Assembly: GCA_038230375.1 (NCBI GenBank)
Contig: JBBRNJ010000004.1
Coordinates: 128,001-192,000, forward strand
Reading direction: 5' to 3'
Length of the DNA: 64,000 bases
Origin: Polyangiales bacterium
Lineage (GTDB): Bacteria; Myxococcota_A; Polyangia; Polyangiales; Polyangiaceae
Of this stretch, positions 27,113 through 37,142 are shown piece after piece (within the stretch, counting starts at the first letter, position 1; each line of letters opens with the position of its first letter). Under the pieces are notes generated by a model that saw only the letters and a list, made by a program, of their open reading frames with translations, was not told where the DNA came from and ran no database searches. A program made the translations under genes and the position numbers.

Positions 27113-28696
27113 CTACTTCTTCAGCTCGTCGGTCACCAGCTGGATCTCTGCGGGAGAGAGCGAACGGAAGCGCGGGGGCGGCATCTTCCGGAACACGTCG
27201 GTCGGGAGCGATAGGCGATGGATCGCGAGGTCCTTCTCCTCACGGGTCATGTTCGCAAGGTCGTCGACGCGGAACTTCTCGCGCGTCTCGGACTGGTCAA
27301 GGTTCTTGTTGTGGCACTGCTGGCACTGCTGCACGAGGATCTGCGCGCCGGTGAGGCCAGCCGCTGGACGGAAGGACATGTCCGAAGCTGCCGAGTCCAG
27401 GAAGATGTCGCGGATGTCCATCATCTGCGCGGCGGGCGTGGAGCCCGCCATGACGGCCTTGTAGTTCGCGGCCGCGGCGGACAGCTTGGTCGGGTCGGTG
27501 ACCTTGATGTCGTGGTACGGCGGCGGGATGTCGGACGCCGCCATGGACGCCTGATAGAGCTTGAGCCAGGTCGGCGAAGTTCCCATGGGCAGGTTGCTGG
27601 CCGGTTGGTTCGCGTTGACCTTCTGGACCTCGCTGAGGATCGTCTGCGTCGTGTACTCGTTGGGCTGGTTCTTGAAGCCCATGTTCTCGACAAGGCCTTC
27701 GAGCTGCGCGGGATCGGAGTTCGTGATCGCCGCGCCCGGGATGCCTGCGTACGCCTCGGTCGTGGGATGCGCCGTCGCGTAGTCGGCGAGCAGCACCTGG
27801 CCGTTCGTGCGGTTGTTCCGGAAGAAGTGACCCCACGGGTTCTGGAGCTCCTGCATGCGGAGGATCTTCTGCGTGCTGGGGCCGCCTGTCTGGTGGCACT
27901 GCTGGCAGTCCAGGACGGTGTTCTTGATGTCGTTCTCGCTGTAGAGCGAGTACACGCCCGTGAAGTTCGTCTCCACGGACGGCGTGAGCACATCCGCGTT
28001 CGTGCAGCCCTGCGGCGTCGTGTCGCACGCATGCTCGAACTTGAAGATGAAGAAGTTGAGGGCGTTGCCGTTCGTGGGATCGTTCGAGACGAGCTCCACG
28101 AACTGCTCACCGCGCACGAAGCCCATGGCCACGAAGCTCGCGAGCGCCTTCGGGTTGTTGACGCGCCCGGTGGACGGCGGCGGCGTGAAGATGATCGCGC
28201 GCGGGTTGATCGCGGTGACGAACTTGGTGACGAGCGACGACGAGTGTCCGGAGAGGACGAACCCGGGATTGCCGCCAGTGCCGTTGTTGTTGTTGCCGGA
28301 CTTGAAGTCCAGGCCGAGGAGCTTCTGGAGATCGACGAGGCTCTTGATCGCGGGCGGTGTGGCCGGCGTGCAGAACGCCTTCGACACGGCATCGCCAAGC
28401 TTGCGCGCGCAGAGGCTCGCGAGCTGCGTTTGCCCCTGCGGCAAGAAGAAGAGCGGATCCTTCACGGTGTCCAGGTTCAGGCCGCCGTCGCCGCCAGCGT
28501 CGGCGTTGCCGTTGCTGTTGTCGCCACCGCCTGGGTGGTTGCCACCGCCGTTCGTGGGAGTGCCTCCGTCATCGGTGCCGTTCGCCTGGTCGGCGTTCGC
28601 GCCGGGATCGCTGCCGACGCCACCGTCGCTGGAGCACGCCGCGATGGCGGCCGCTCCCACGATCGCCAAGAACCCAAGGACCTTTTTCCCAACCAT
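27113..28696 (-). CDS. Di-heme c-type cytochrome lipoprotein
   Basis: IAACS lipobox; two CxxCH motifs (CQQCH twice); MPP near the C-terminus as candidate axial Met. Confidence 0.75.
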   Translation of the reverse strand: MVGKKVLGFLAIVGAAAIAACSSDGGVGSDPGANADQANGTDDGGTPTNGGGNHPGGGDNSNGNADAGGDGGLNLDTVKDPLFFLPQGQTQLASLCARKLGDAVSKAFCTPATPPAIKSLVDLQKLLGLDFKSGNNNNGTGGNPGFVLSGHSSSLVTKFVTAINPRAIIFTPPPSTGRVNNPKALASFVAMGFVRGEQFVELVSNDPTNGNALNFFIFKFEHACDTTPQGCTNADVLTPSVETNFTGVYSLYSENDIKNTVLDCQQCHQTGGPSTQKILRMQELQNPWGHFFRNNRTNGQVLLADYATAHPTTEAYAGIPGAAITNSDPAQLEGLVENMGFKNQPNEYTTQTILSEVQKVNANQPASNLPMGTSPTWLKLYQASMAASDIPPPYHDIKVTDPTKLSAAAANYKAVMAGSTPAAQMMDIRDIFLDSAASDMSFRPAAGLTGAQILVQQCQQCHNKNLDQSETREKFRVDDLANMTREEKDLAIHRLSLPTDVFRKMPPPRFRSLSPAEIQLVTDELKK

Positions 28697-28708
28697 GATC
28701 GTCTGCTC

Positions 28709-28724
28709 TGCAAGCCCTCGGCCA
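28709..28724 (-). promoter_or_regulatory. Sigma54 promoter
   Basis: Minus strand TGGCCGAGGGCTTGCA, 12 nt before ATG 28696. Confidence 0.65.
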
Positions 28725-28886
28725 GCGGTTGGCCCGCTCCGCGGACCGGAATTGAACCAAATTCAACGGCTGCGACACCGCACCCACGGGTAGATGGAGA
28801 GCAGGGATGGTTCACGGATGCCTCTGGGACGGGGTGGGATGTCGCGCGTGGGCGACAGCTGCCAACTGATCTATCGTGGAGCCACC

Positions 28887-31800
28887 ATGCGCGCCCACAT
28901 CGTATTTCCTGCGTTGCTCGTCTCGCTCGGCATTGGCGGATGCAAGGACGATCCGAAGCCGAACCCCACGCCCGCGTCGCAGCCGTCGCTCTCCGCGTCC
29001 AGCGTGCCCGCACCGACAATGGACACGCGCTTCCTGGACGACGCAGCGAAGCGCGTGCTCGTGGAGATCGCGACGCTGGAGACAACGAAGGACGTGACGT
29101 GCTGGACCAGCTTCCGTCAGCTCGACTCGTTCATCTCGTCGGGCCAGTACTCGAACTTCGCGGTGCTCGCGAAGATCACCGCGGTGAAGGCGCTCTTGCG
29201 CGCAGCGTGGGAGAAGGCGTCGAACGGCACCAAGGCAGCGGAGCTCGGGCCGGACGACTTCAAGATCGCGACCGACGTCACGCTGGACCCCACGAAGAAA
29301 GACAAGCTCGCGTCGTTCGCGACGGACCTGGGCATGAAGGCGTACAAGGACTACCGCACCACCAGCGAGCACTGGCGCGTGGTGCTGTCGGTCATCTCGG
29401 ACGAGATCGCGACGTCTGGCAAGGGAACCAACCTGCGGCCGATCGGGAAGGACGGCCTGCCGGCGTTCGCGGAGCTTGCAACGCGGCTCTCGCTCGCGGT
29501 GCTGCAGGCGTCGGGGGAGCTCGCGCGTGACGAGCGCTCTCCTCTGATCGAAGGCACGCACGTGAAGCGCGCGCACGCCGACCTCTCGAAGAAGCTCGGT
29601 CTCGTGAACGCCGAGCGAACGCCCGCGCCCTTGCCAGAGGTCGATATCGTCGCGCGCCTTTCACCGCTCACGAAGACGCTCGTCGACGGAAAGATCACCG
29701 CGCTGCAGACGTTCAACAAGGACTCGAAGGACCTGGTCACCGATCTGAACCGGGTCACACCGAAGATGCCCGTGACCAAGGAGGCGCTCGACGTGTGGAC
29801 GAAGGACCTCCAGTCGTTCACGCACTTCGTCGCCGGCGGGTACGAGCCCATGCAGGCAGACAACTTCCTGGCCGACGGCAACTTCGCGCCGAAGGACCAG
29901 CCGCGCCAGGCGTACGTGGACGCGGCGCGCGCGGAGAACATCACGCTGCAGCTCTTCCCGCACGTGATCATGCCGAACGGCGATGTGAAGGTGCGGTTCG
30001 AGCCGAACCCGGGCGCTCCTGCCGACAAGCCGCGGAAGGCCTACGACGAGCTGATGCTCGACTACCAGCAGAACGCAGTGCGCGACACCGCATGGCACTG
30101 GCTCCTGATGCAGAACGTCTGGAAGGAGCGCGCGTTCGCGATGGATCCGTTCGCCTCGGAGTACGTGAGCGAGATCCTCTCCGTGATGATCACGCACTAC
30201 CTGGTGCGCGGCGCCGAGCTCGCGAAGGCCGCAAACAAGAAGACGATCGATGCGGACATCGCGAAGAAGGTGCGCGACCGCGACTACGTGATGGTGATGC
30301 CGCGGAGCGACGAGTCCAAGGCGTGGACCCCGGAGCAGTGGAAGAAGAAGGACGCCGTCCTCGCCGCATATCCGAAGACGCTTTTCACAGACGTCAGCGC
30401 GAAATCGGGCCTTCCCACCGTGGCCCCGAAGGTCCCGGAGAAGGCGACAGGATTCGACATCCAGGAGGCGATGGGCTCTGGCATCGCGGTGGGGGACGTG
30501 AACGCGGACGGTTATCCGGATCTCTTCGTCGCAGGCGAAGGCATGGGCCGGCTCTACTTGAACAAGGGCAAGGACGCGCCCGGCACGTTCACCGACGCGA
30601 CCGCTGCGTGGAAGGTTCCCGAGGGGCTCGACGACTCGCACGGCGCGCTCTTCGCCGATCTGGACGGCGACGGCGCCGTGGATCTCCTGGTCGTACGCAG
30701 CGAGCATCCGTCGCTGCTGCTCAGGCAGGAGAACGGCGCGTTCACGGACACGGCCGGCAAGAGCGGCCTTGCCACGCACAACGGCGCGCACGTCGCGCAG
30801 GCATTCGACTACGACAAGGACGGCGACCTGGATATCTACGTCGCGTACTACGGCTCGGACGTTGCGAACCAGAAGCACGGCAAGAATCAGCCGAGCATGG
30901 ACGGCAAGAACGGCAGCCCGCACCAGCTCGTCCAGCGCGGCGCAGACGGCCGGTACACGGAGGTGGGCGCGAAGGCCGGCGTGGCGGATGTGGGCTGGAC
31001 GCTCGCCACCACCGCGTTCGACTACGACAACGACGGCGATCAGGATCTCTTCCTGGCAAACGACTTCGGCGCGGACACGTTCTACCAGAACAACGGCGAC
31101 GGCACGTTCACCGACGTGTCAAAGGCCACGGACACCGCCGACCGCGGCAGCGGCATGAACGCCAGCATCACGGACGTGAACGGCGACGGCTTCTTCGATC
31201 TCTATGTGTCCAACATCGACATGTTCTCGAAGAACATCAAGGTCATCTTTCCCACGGACGAGAGCACGATCACGAACATCGATCAGAAGCTGCAGCAGTC
31301 CTTCCAGTACCTGTCCGGCAACAAGCTCTTCGTGAACCCGGCCGACCCGAAGGGCAAGAAGCCGTGGAAGGCGGAGCAGGGCGCGCGCTTCGAGCCGGGT
31401 GATCGCGGCTGGGGCTGGGCGTCCATCTTCTTCGACTACGAGAACGACGGCGACGAGGACATGTACCTCTCCACCGGCTGGCTCGAGACCAGCTTCGCGT
31501 CGAACCAGAAGAAGCAGATGTTCATCGCGGACGACGGGACGTTCTACCTGGCGCCGCAGACATCACCGGAGGCGTTCGCGTCGAACGGCCGAGCCGCGGT
31601 CGCGGTGGACATCGATCGCGATGGCGATCAGGATCTCGTGCTCGCCAATTTCCGACAGCCGCCAAGCGTGTTCATGAACACGCAGGCCACGAAGAACCAC
31701 TGGGCGGGATTGCGGCTGCGAGGCAACGGCGCGAACACGAGGGCCGTGGGAGCGCGCGTCACGGTGACGGCGGGTGGGAAGAAGAAGATGCGGGAGCTGT

Positions 31801-31958
31801 CTGCGGGCAACGGCTACCTGGGGCAGATGGACGACGTGATCTACCTGGGCACCGGCGCGGACGCCGTGACGAGCGCGGTGGTGAAGTGGCCGGGAGGAGC
31901 GGAAGAGACCATCACGATCAAGGCGGATGCGATCACGGACGTCACGCAGAAGAAGTAG
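28887..31958 (+). CDS. Lipoprotein: helical N-terminal domain (putative tandem histone folds) plus FG-GAP x7 and ASPIC/UnbV (CRTAC1-like)
   Basis: IGGC lipobox; seven DxDxDGxxD loops; C-terminal NHW..LRLRG...N..AVGARV...GNGYLGQ....IYLG.G; N-terminal half discussed in findings. Confidence 0.88.
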   Translation: MRAHIVFPALLVSLGIGGCKDDPKPNPTPASQPSLSASSVPAPTMDTRFLDDAAKRVLVEIATLETTKDVTCWTSFRQLDSFISSGQYSNFAVLAKITAVKALLRAAWEKASNGTKAAELGPDDFKIATDVTLDPTKKDKLASFATDLGMKAYKDYRTTSEHWRVVLSVISDEIATSGKGTNLRPIGKDGLPAFAELATRLSLAVLQASGELARDERSPLIEGTHVKRAHADLSKKLGLVNAERTPAPLPEVDIVARLSPLTKTLVDGKITALQTFNKDSKDLVTDLNRVTPKMPVTKEALDVWTKDLQSFTHFVAGGYEPMQADNFLADGNFAPKDQPRQAYVDAARAENITLQLFPHVIMPNGDVKVRFEPNPGAPADKPRKAYDELMLDYQQNAVRDTAWHWLLMQNVWKERAFAMDPFASEYVSEILSVMITHYLVRGAELAKAANKKTIDADIAKKVRDRDYVMVMPRSDESKAWTPEQWKKKDAVLAAYPKTLFTDVSAKSGLPTVAPKVPEKATGFDIQEAMGSGIAVGDVNADGYPDLFVAGEGMGRLYLNKGKDAPGTFTDATAAWKVPEGLDDSHGALFADLDGDGAVDLLVVRSEHPSLLLRQENGAFTDTAGKSGLATHNGAHVAQAFDYDKDGDLDIYVAYYGSDVANQKHGKNQPSMDGKNGSPHQLVQRGADGRYTEVGAKAGVADVGWTLATTAFDYDNDGDQDLFLANDFGADTFYQNNGDGTFTDVSKATDTADRGSGMNASITDVNGDGFFDLYVSNIDMFSKNIKVIFPTDESTITNIDQKLQQSFQYLSGNKLFVNPADPKGKKPWKAEQGARFEPGDRGWGWASIFFDYENDGDEDMYLSTGWLETSFASNQKKQMFIADDGTFYLAPQTSPEAFASNGRAAVAVDIDRDGDQDLVLANFRQPPSVFMNTQATKNHWAGLRLRGNGANTRAVGARVTVTAGGKKKMRELSAGNGYLGQMDDVIYLGTGADAVTSAVVKWPGGAEETITIKADAITDVTQKK

Positions 31959-31966
31959 GACGAAGC

Positions 31967-33169
31967 TCAGTGGACGCCGGGGCCCATGACTGTGGGGCAG
32001 CCAATGTTGATCGAGACCTTGCCCTTCGGATCCGCTTTCACCGTGTCGCAGGACATTCCGTGCAGGGTCACCGACCTGGGATCTGCCGGGTTGTCGTACG
32101 TCCAGCCGTTGCCCATGTCCTGGCCCACGACCACGTTCATTCCAGCGCCGTTCGTGAACACCACGTTGACCTTCGACGGATCGATCGCGCCGCCGTCGGG
32201 GCGGTCCAGCGTGAAGGTGCACGACGCGAGCTGACCGCGGATGGTGTTGATCGCATCCACGAACGACTTTGTGAGCGCGGCGACGCTTGCGGAGGCCGCC
32301 GGATCCACCTCGAAGTAGCAGACGCTGGCCAGGTTCTTGTTCTCGGTCGGATTGCAGCCCGCCGGTGCCGCGCCGCCCGCCACGGCGACCTGACCCAGGA
32401 AGGAGGGATCGAAGTTGCCCGTGTTGTTGGAGGGAAAATTGCCGACCCCCACCACGAACGTGGTGATGGGACCCGCGGGGCCCGTCTTCGCGAGCTCGCC
32501 GGCGACGAGCGTGACGTCCTGCTTCGTCGTGCTATCCGTGGGCACGCCGTCGGTCATCAACACGAGCACCTTCTTGCCGTTCGGTTGCAGCAAACCCGAC
32601 GGCGTGAAGGCCTCGAGCTCGCTGTACGCGCCAGTGAGCGCCTTGTTCGTCGGCGTCCCCGCGGACGGGTTCTCCTTGTCGATGCGCTTGTGCAGCGCCG
32701 CAGCCTGCGTTGCATCCACGAACGCGATCGACACGTCCTTGTTGGACGGATAGGGACCACCACCGCCCGTGGGGTCATTCTGATCGGAGAAGGCGATGAG
32801 CCCGATCCCGAACGAAGGATCGTTGCTCTTCTGGATGTCGTCGAAGATGGAGTCGAGCGCCGGGACCACCGCGTTCCATTTGTTCTGCTGGCCCATGCTG
32901 CCGGAGCCGTCCAGGACGATGAGCATGTACACCGGCTGTCGGGAAGCGGCGGCCGTCGCCGTTGCGCACGAGGCATCGAGCAGTCCACCGCCTCCGTCAG
33001 AGCCGCCGCCGTCCGTCACGCCGAAGTGGTTGATGGGACCGCCGTCGCCCTCGGTGCCAATGCCGCTGTCGTCGTCCGCATGAGGATCCGTTGGCGAGCT
33101 GCCACATCCAGGGCCCGCCAGGAGCCCGGCGACAGCGAACGACACGACCGCGTACGAGAGCTTTCGCAT
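31967..33169 (-). CDS. vWA-domain lipoprotein
   Basis: GCG lipobox; MIDAS LDGSGSM, GTPT, LMTDGVP. Confidence 0.88.
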   Translation of the reverse strand: MRKLSYAVVSFAVAGLLAGPGCGSSPTDPHADDDSGIGTEGDGGPINHFGVTDGGGSDGGGGLLDASCATATAAASRQPVYMLIVLDGSGSMGQQNKWNAVVPALDSIFDDIQKSNDPSFGIGLIAFSDQNDPTGGGGPYPSNKDVSIAFVDATQAAALHKRIDKENPSAGTPTNKALTGAYSELEAFTPSGLLQPNGKKVLVLMTDGVPTDSTTKQDVTLVAGELAKTGPAGPITTFVVGVGNFPSNNTGNFDPSFLGQVAVAGGAAPAGCNPTENKNLASVCYFEVDPAASASVAALTKSFVDAINTIRGQLASCTFTLDRPDGGAIDPSKVNVVFTNGAGMNVVVGQDMGNGWTYDNPADPRSVTLHGMSCDTVKADPKGKVSINIGCPTVMGPGVH

Positions 33170-33180
33170 GCACGGTGTGT

Positions 33181-33196
33181 AGCAACCGTGGTGCCA
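33181..33196 (-). promoter_or_regulatory. Sigma54 promoter (near-consensus)
   Basis: Minus strand TGGCACCACGGTTGCT, 11 nt before ATG 33169. Confidence 0.75.
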
Positions 33197-33327
33197 CACA
33201 AAACAGCTCAGAAACCCCGGAAATTCGGCCCCTTCCCGTCCAGTTGCGCAATGCCATTCCGTGCCAGAGCCGTCCTCCGTGGTCAGGGCCCAGGCTCCGT
33301 TGGCATTGTCAGTGGTATTCTTCGGGC

Positions 33328-35070
33328 ATGATCACGCCAGCGGGCGCGAAGAGGGGCCCTCCGACAGCGCCCCCGCTCCTGGCGTATGAAGCGCGCATCG
33401 TCGACATCGTCGTGCGCCCAAGCAAAGAGGAAGCCTCCGCCTTCGAGCGCGAATCGATCGAAGCGGTCGTCGCCGGGAAGAAGAAGTCGTTCGCGTCGTG
33501 GACGACCGGCCTTGGCGACGAAGGCCTGGCGATCTTCAATCGCATGCCGTCAACCGCATGGTGGGTGCGCGCGTACGACCTGGAGAAGCTCCTCGTTCAC
33601 TGGGGGCTCCGCGCCCTTCCGGGGATCGTCGCGTGCGGTGCGGGCGCGCCGTCGGAGACCGTGCCGGTCGCGGCGCACATCGACTCCCCGCAGATCGCTC
33701 CGATGATGGCCGAGGCATATGGCCGTCTCCCGAAGCAGCGTGCCCAGGGCGAGAAGTGGCTCTTCGAGTTCCCGGAAGCGGCGGCGATCGGGCTCGTACC
33801 GGCGGCGGCATACGGTCGCGGCAACGCGAAGAAGTTCGCCGAGGGCGGGCTCGCACGATTGGTCGACGGTGGCCGCGGCTCGGTGGTGCGCGACGTGATC
33901 GCGCGCTATGGTCTCGACGACGCGCTCTCGGCGCTCTTCGCCAGCGCTGAAAAGAACGGGGCGCCAGCGAGGACGCGGCCGTCGGTCGACACGGACGCAG
34001 AGGTGCGCGAGCTCGAAGCGATCCTCCGTCGCGCGACGCCGAACACGGCCGCGTACGAGCGCCTCGATCGCCTGGTTCACGTCGACAGCGATCGTGCGCT
34101 CTTCGCCATCGCGGAGCTCTCGAAGCACGCCCGCTCACGGCCGCTCCGCCGCGCGGCCGCGAAGTGCCTCGCCGCGGCGCGCGTACGGCGATCCATCTCC
34201 GAAGAGGATCTCGCGCTCCGCATGATCCCAAGGCTCGGCCTCGACGCGCCCGAGTTCAAGGTGGGAGCGGCCAGTCATCGTTTCGCGGCGACCACGGAGC
34301 TCGCACCGGCGATCGTGAGCGCCGACGGCACGCGCGCAACCAAGCTTCCCCGCGGCGCGCCCGAGGCCCTGAAGAAGCGATTCGACTTGCTCAAGAAGGA
34401 GCTGCGGACGATCGGCACGGCGCTTCGCTCTCGGCTCGAGCTTCGGATGATCTCGGGCGACACGTGGTCGAAGGACGCATTTTTGGAGCACGTCGTCGGT
34501 CACCCGGTGCTCGTCGAGATCGCGCGCGGCCTCGTATTCTCCGCCGACGGCGTGCTGTTTCGGGTGACGGAGGACACGACGCTGGCGAGCGAAGACGATC
34601 GCACCATCGAGCTCTCCGCCAACGCGCGCGTGACGATCGTCCATCCGCTCGACGCGAGCCCCGAGACGCTGAAGCAGTGGGCCGACCGCTTCGGCGACTA
34701 CGAGATCTTGCAGCCGTTTCCCCAGCTCGGTCGCGAGCACGCGAACGTCGTTGCTACGGGCAATCGCATTCCATCACTCGAGGGCGTGTCGCTCCCGAGC
34801 GGGCAGCTGCTCGGCCTCGAGCGACGCGGCTGGCAGCGCGGGCACATCGATCACGGACCGACGCTCGAGTCGATGCAGCGCGCGTTGCCAAGCCTGTTCG
34901 CTGAGGTCTGCTTTCAACCGGGAATTCGGCTCGATTCCGTGGACGCGGACGAGCCGCAGCGAATCCTACGCGTGGACGTGCGGGGACCCTCCGGCGAAAC
35001 CGGCGAAGGCGCACCGCCCCCTTCGCGCCGCGCCCTGAGCGAGATCGTGCGCGACCTGGGCCTCGCGTGA
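33328..35070 (+). CDS. DUF4132-domain protein
   Basis: EDL..R.IP.LGLD, RLE..M..G..W, HP.....RGLVF, IVHPL, W...F.DYEILQPFPQLGRE. Confidence 0.8.
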   Translation: MITPAGAKRGPPTAPPLLAYEARIVDIVVRPSKEEASAFERESIEAVVAGKKKSFASWTTGLGDEGLAIFNRMPSTAWWVRAYDLEKLLVHWGLRALPGIVACGAGAPSETVPVAAHIDSPQIAPMMAEAYGRLPKQRAQGEKWLFEFPEAAAIGLVPAAAYGRGNAKKFAEGGLARLVDGGRGSVVRDVIARYGLDDALSALFASAEKNGAPARTRPSVDTDAEVRELEAILRRATPNTAAYERLDRLVHVDSDRALFAIAELSKHARSRPLRRAAAKCLAAARVRRSISEEDLALRMIPRLGLDAPEFKVGAASHRFAATTELAPAIVSADGTRATKLPRGAPEALKKRFDLLKKELRTIGTALRSRLELRMISGDTWSKDAFLEHVVGHPVLVEIARGLVFSADGVLFRVTEDTTLASEDDRTIELSANARVTIVHPLDASPETLKQWADRFGDYEILQPFPQLGREHANVVATGNRIPSLEGVSLPSGQLLGLERRGWQRGHIDHGPTLESMQRALPSLFAEVCFQPGIRLDSVDADEPQRILRVDVRGPSGETGEGAPPPSRRALSEIVRDLGLA

Positions 35071-35083
35071 GCCGCCAAGCTCA

Positions 35084-35683
35084 CCGCAGCTGGTCTTCTT
35101 CGCCATCCTCGGCGGCGTGCCGAACCAGCTCCTGCATTTCGACCCCACAAATCCTGCAGCGTCGAAGCTCACGTCCGCCGACTGGAAGAAGATCCTCGGC
35201 AACGATCCGGGCGCGTACGACTACGCCGGCATCGACCCGCACATGATCCAGTCGATCACACCGCGTGCGGGTTTGCCTGCGCCCAGCGCCACGAGCGGCG
35301 ACAACGGCACGGACCCGGTCCACGGCCGCGAGTGGGACAACAAGGGCAACGACTTGCAGTATGCATGCACCTTCCCGCTGCCCACACCCGCGACCTGCCC
35401 GAAGGCGGGGGACGCCACGTGCGGTGACTGCGACGGCACCAGGAACCCGCCCCTCTGCGGAGCGAACGCGCTCCAGCAGGTCCGCGCGAAGTCCTACCCG
35501 ACGGTGCGCCAGCTTCGGGTCGCGCACGGCCTGGGCGACCAGGGGATCGCCGCCTCGATCTGCACGCGGACGGTGAACCTGGACGGCGTCACGCCCGAGC
35601 CCGAGCCAGGCAATCCGCTCTATGGATACCGGCCCGCGGTGAAGAGCATCGTCGACCACATGATGCCTGCGCTCACGCCCTGA
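35084..35683 (+). pseudogene. 5'-truncated fragment of a myxobacterial Cys-rich lipoprotein family
   Basis: Protein-like sequence PQLVFFAILGGVP...DLQYACTFPL...AKSYPT...YGYRPAV begins mid-domain right after the DUF4132 stop; no signal peptide or RBS. Confidence 0.55.
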
Positions 35684-35716
35684 ATTCCGGAGGAGAACCG
35701 TCGCGGTGGCGTCGAG

Positions 35717-36697
35717 TCAGCTGGCCGACCCCTTCGAGGCGCCCATCGCGCGGAGCTCGCGAACGCCGCGTCCGGTCTTCTTCCGGAGCAGGGTGCGGAG
35801 CGTGACGCCGTCGCCGTAGCCAACGGCTGCCGCGATCTGCTCGATCGAGTCGGTTGTCGTGGAGAGCCGGTGAACGGCCGCCTCCACGCGAAGGTCCTGG
35901 ACGTACGAGAGCGGCGTCTTGCCCAGCACCTGTCGCATGCGCCGCTCCAGCGTGCGTTCGCTTGCGCCGACGTTGCGCGCTGCGTCGGCGAGAGAGAAAT
36001 CGTCAAGGTGTCGATGCGCCCACTTCTCGAATCGCTCGACGAGCGGGTCAGCGTGGGCAAGGTGATCCGGCATCGCGTACTGGGCCTGCGAAGGGCGGGT
36101 ATCGAAGAGAAGGTAGCGCGCGGTCGCCTGCGCGAGGGCAGGGCTCCGCTGACGCACCAGCCAGAGCGACAGATCGACATGCGCCAGCGCAGCGCCCGCC
36201 GTCACGACCCGCGACGACTGGACGATCATGCGCGACTCGTCGAGTGCCACGCCGGGGAATCGCTCGCGGAACAGCGGCGAGAGCCACCACGTAGTCGTCG
36301 CCTGGCCACCGTCAAGGATACCGGACAGCGCGATCACGAACGTCGCCGTGCACGCGCCAGCGACGCGCGAGCCAGCCTTTGTCCACGTGCGGAGGAGATC
36401 GGCGGCCTCGGCCACATCACGACGTTCGAGCGCCTGGAGCACGGTGTCGCGGGTCTTGCAGCCGAGCGCGGGAACGATCACGACGTCGGGACGCGGCCCC
36501 TCGAGCACCGGCTCGACCGGGACCTTCAGGCCGTGGCTCGTGGTCACGGTTCGGCGAAGACCGCACAGCTTCACCTCGTATCGGCTCGACTTGCGCGCAA
36601 ATTCGGGCGCGAGATCGTTCGCCGTGGCGAGGGTGTCGAGAACCACGGAGAGGCCAGTGTCGAAGACGCCGTCGAGCACGAGGACCGAAACGAGCAT
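35717..36697 (-). CDS. GlxA-family AraC regulator (DJ-1/PfpI plus HTH)
   Basis: GACTATF, ATTTWW, VTAGAA; SERTLERR HTH; IAAAVGYGD. Confidence 0.92.
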   Translation of the reverse strand: MLVSVLVLDGVFDTGLSVVLDTLATANDLAPEFARKSSRYEVKLCGLRRTVTTSHGLKVPVEPVLEGPRPDVVIVPALGCKTRDTVLQALERRDVAEAADLLRTWTKAGSRVAGACTATFVIALSGILDGGQATTTWWLSPLFRERFPGVALDESRMIVQSSRVVTAGAALAHVDLSLWLVRQRSPALAQATARYLLFDTRPSQAQYAMPDHLAHADPLVERFEKWAHRHLDDFSLADAARNVGASERTLERRMRQVLGKTPLSYVQDLRVEAAVHRLSTTTDSIEQIAAAVGYGDGVTLRTLLRKKTGRGVRELRAMGASKGSAS

Positions 36698-36720
36698 GTC
36701 TCGACGGTAGCACCGCAATC

Positions 36721-36774
36721 GATAGCGAAATCGCCGCCAACGCTAGCGATTACGCCAGTGGCGAGATCGCTATC
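36721..36774. promoter_or_regulatory. Inverted repeat in the divergent promoter, candidate AraC/GlxA operator
   Basis: GATAGCGAAATCGCC (36721) / GGCGAGATCGCTATC (36760), 13 of 15 complementary. Confidence 0.55.
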
Positions 36775-36848
36775 AAAGTTGGCGGGGCCGCCACTGACGG
36801 ATCTCCGCGCCGTCGCTATCTTCAAGGCTCGAAAGTGAGGTCATCATC

Positions 36849-37142
36849 ATGGTGAAGGTTGGATTGCTCGTGCGTCTCGTTGCGAAGGCTGGGAAGGAAG
36901 AGGAGGTGGGGGCGTTCCTCGCAAGCGCACTGCCGCTTGCGCGCGAAGAGGACAAGACGATCGTGTGGTACGCCATCCGCATCTCGAAGAGCGAGTTCGG
37001 GATCTTCGACGCGTTTGCGGCGGATGAAGGCCGACAGGCGCACCTCAAGGGGCCGATCGCGGCGGCGCTCATGGCGAAGGCTGGCGAGCTTCTCGCAGAG
37101 CCGCCCAAGATCGAGCAGGTCGAGGTTCTGGCCTCGAAGTAA
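36849..37142 (+). CDS. ABM-family (antibiotic biosynthesis/quinol) monooxygenase
   Basis: AKAGKEEEV..FL, WYA, FGIFDAF.....RQAHL.G.IAAAL; divergent from the GlxA regulator. Confidence 0.88.
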   Translation: MVKVGLLVRLVAKAGKEEEVGAFLASALPLAREEDKTIVWYAIRISKSEFGIFDAFAADEGRQAHLKGPIAAALMAKAGELLAEPPKIEQVEVLASK

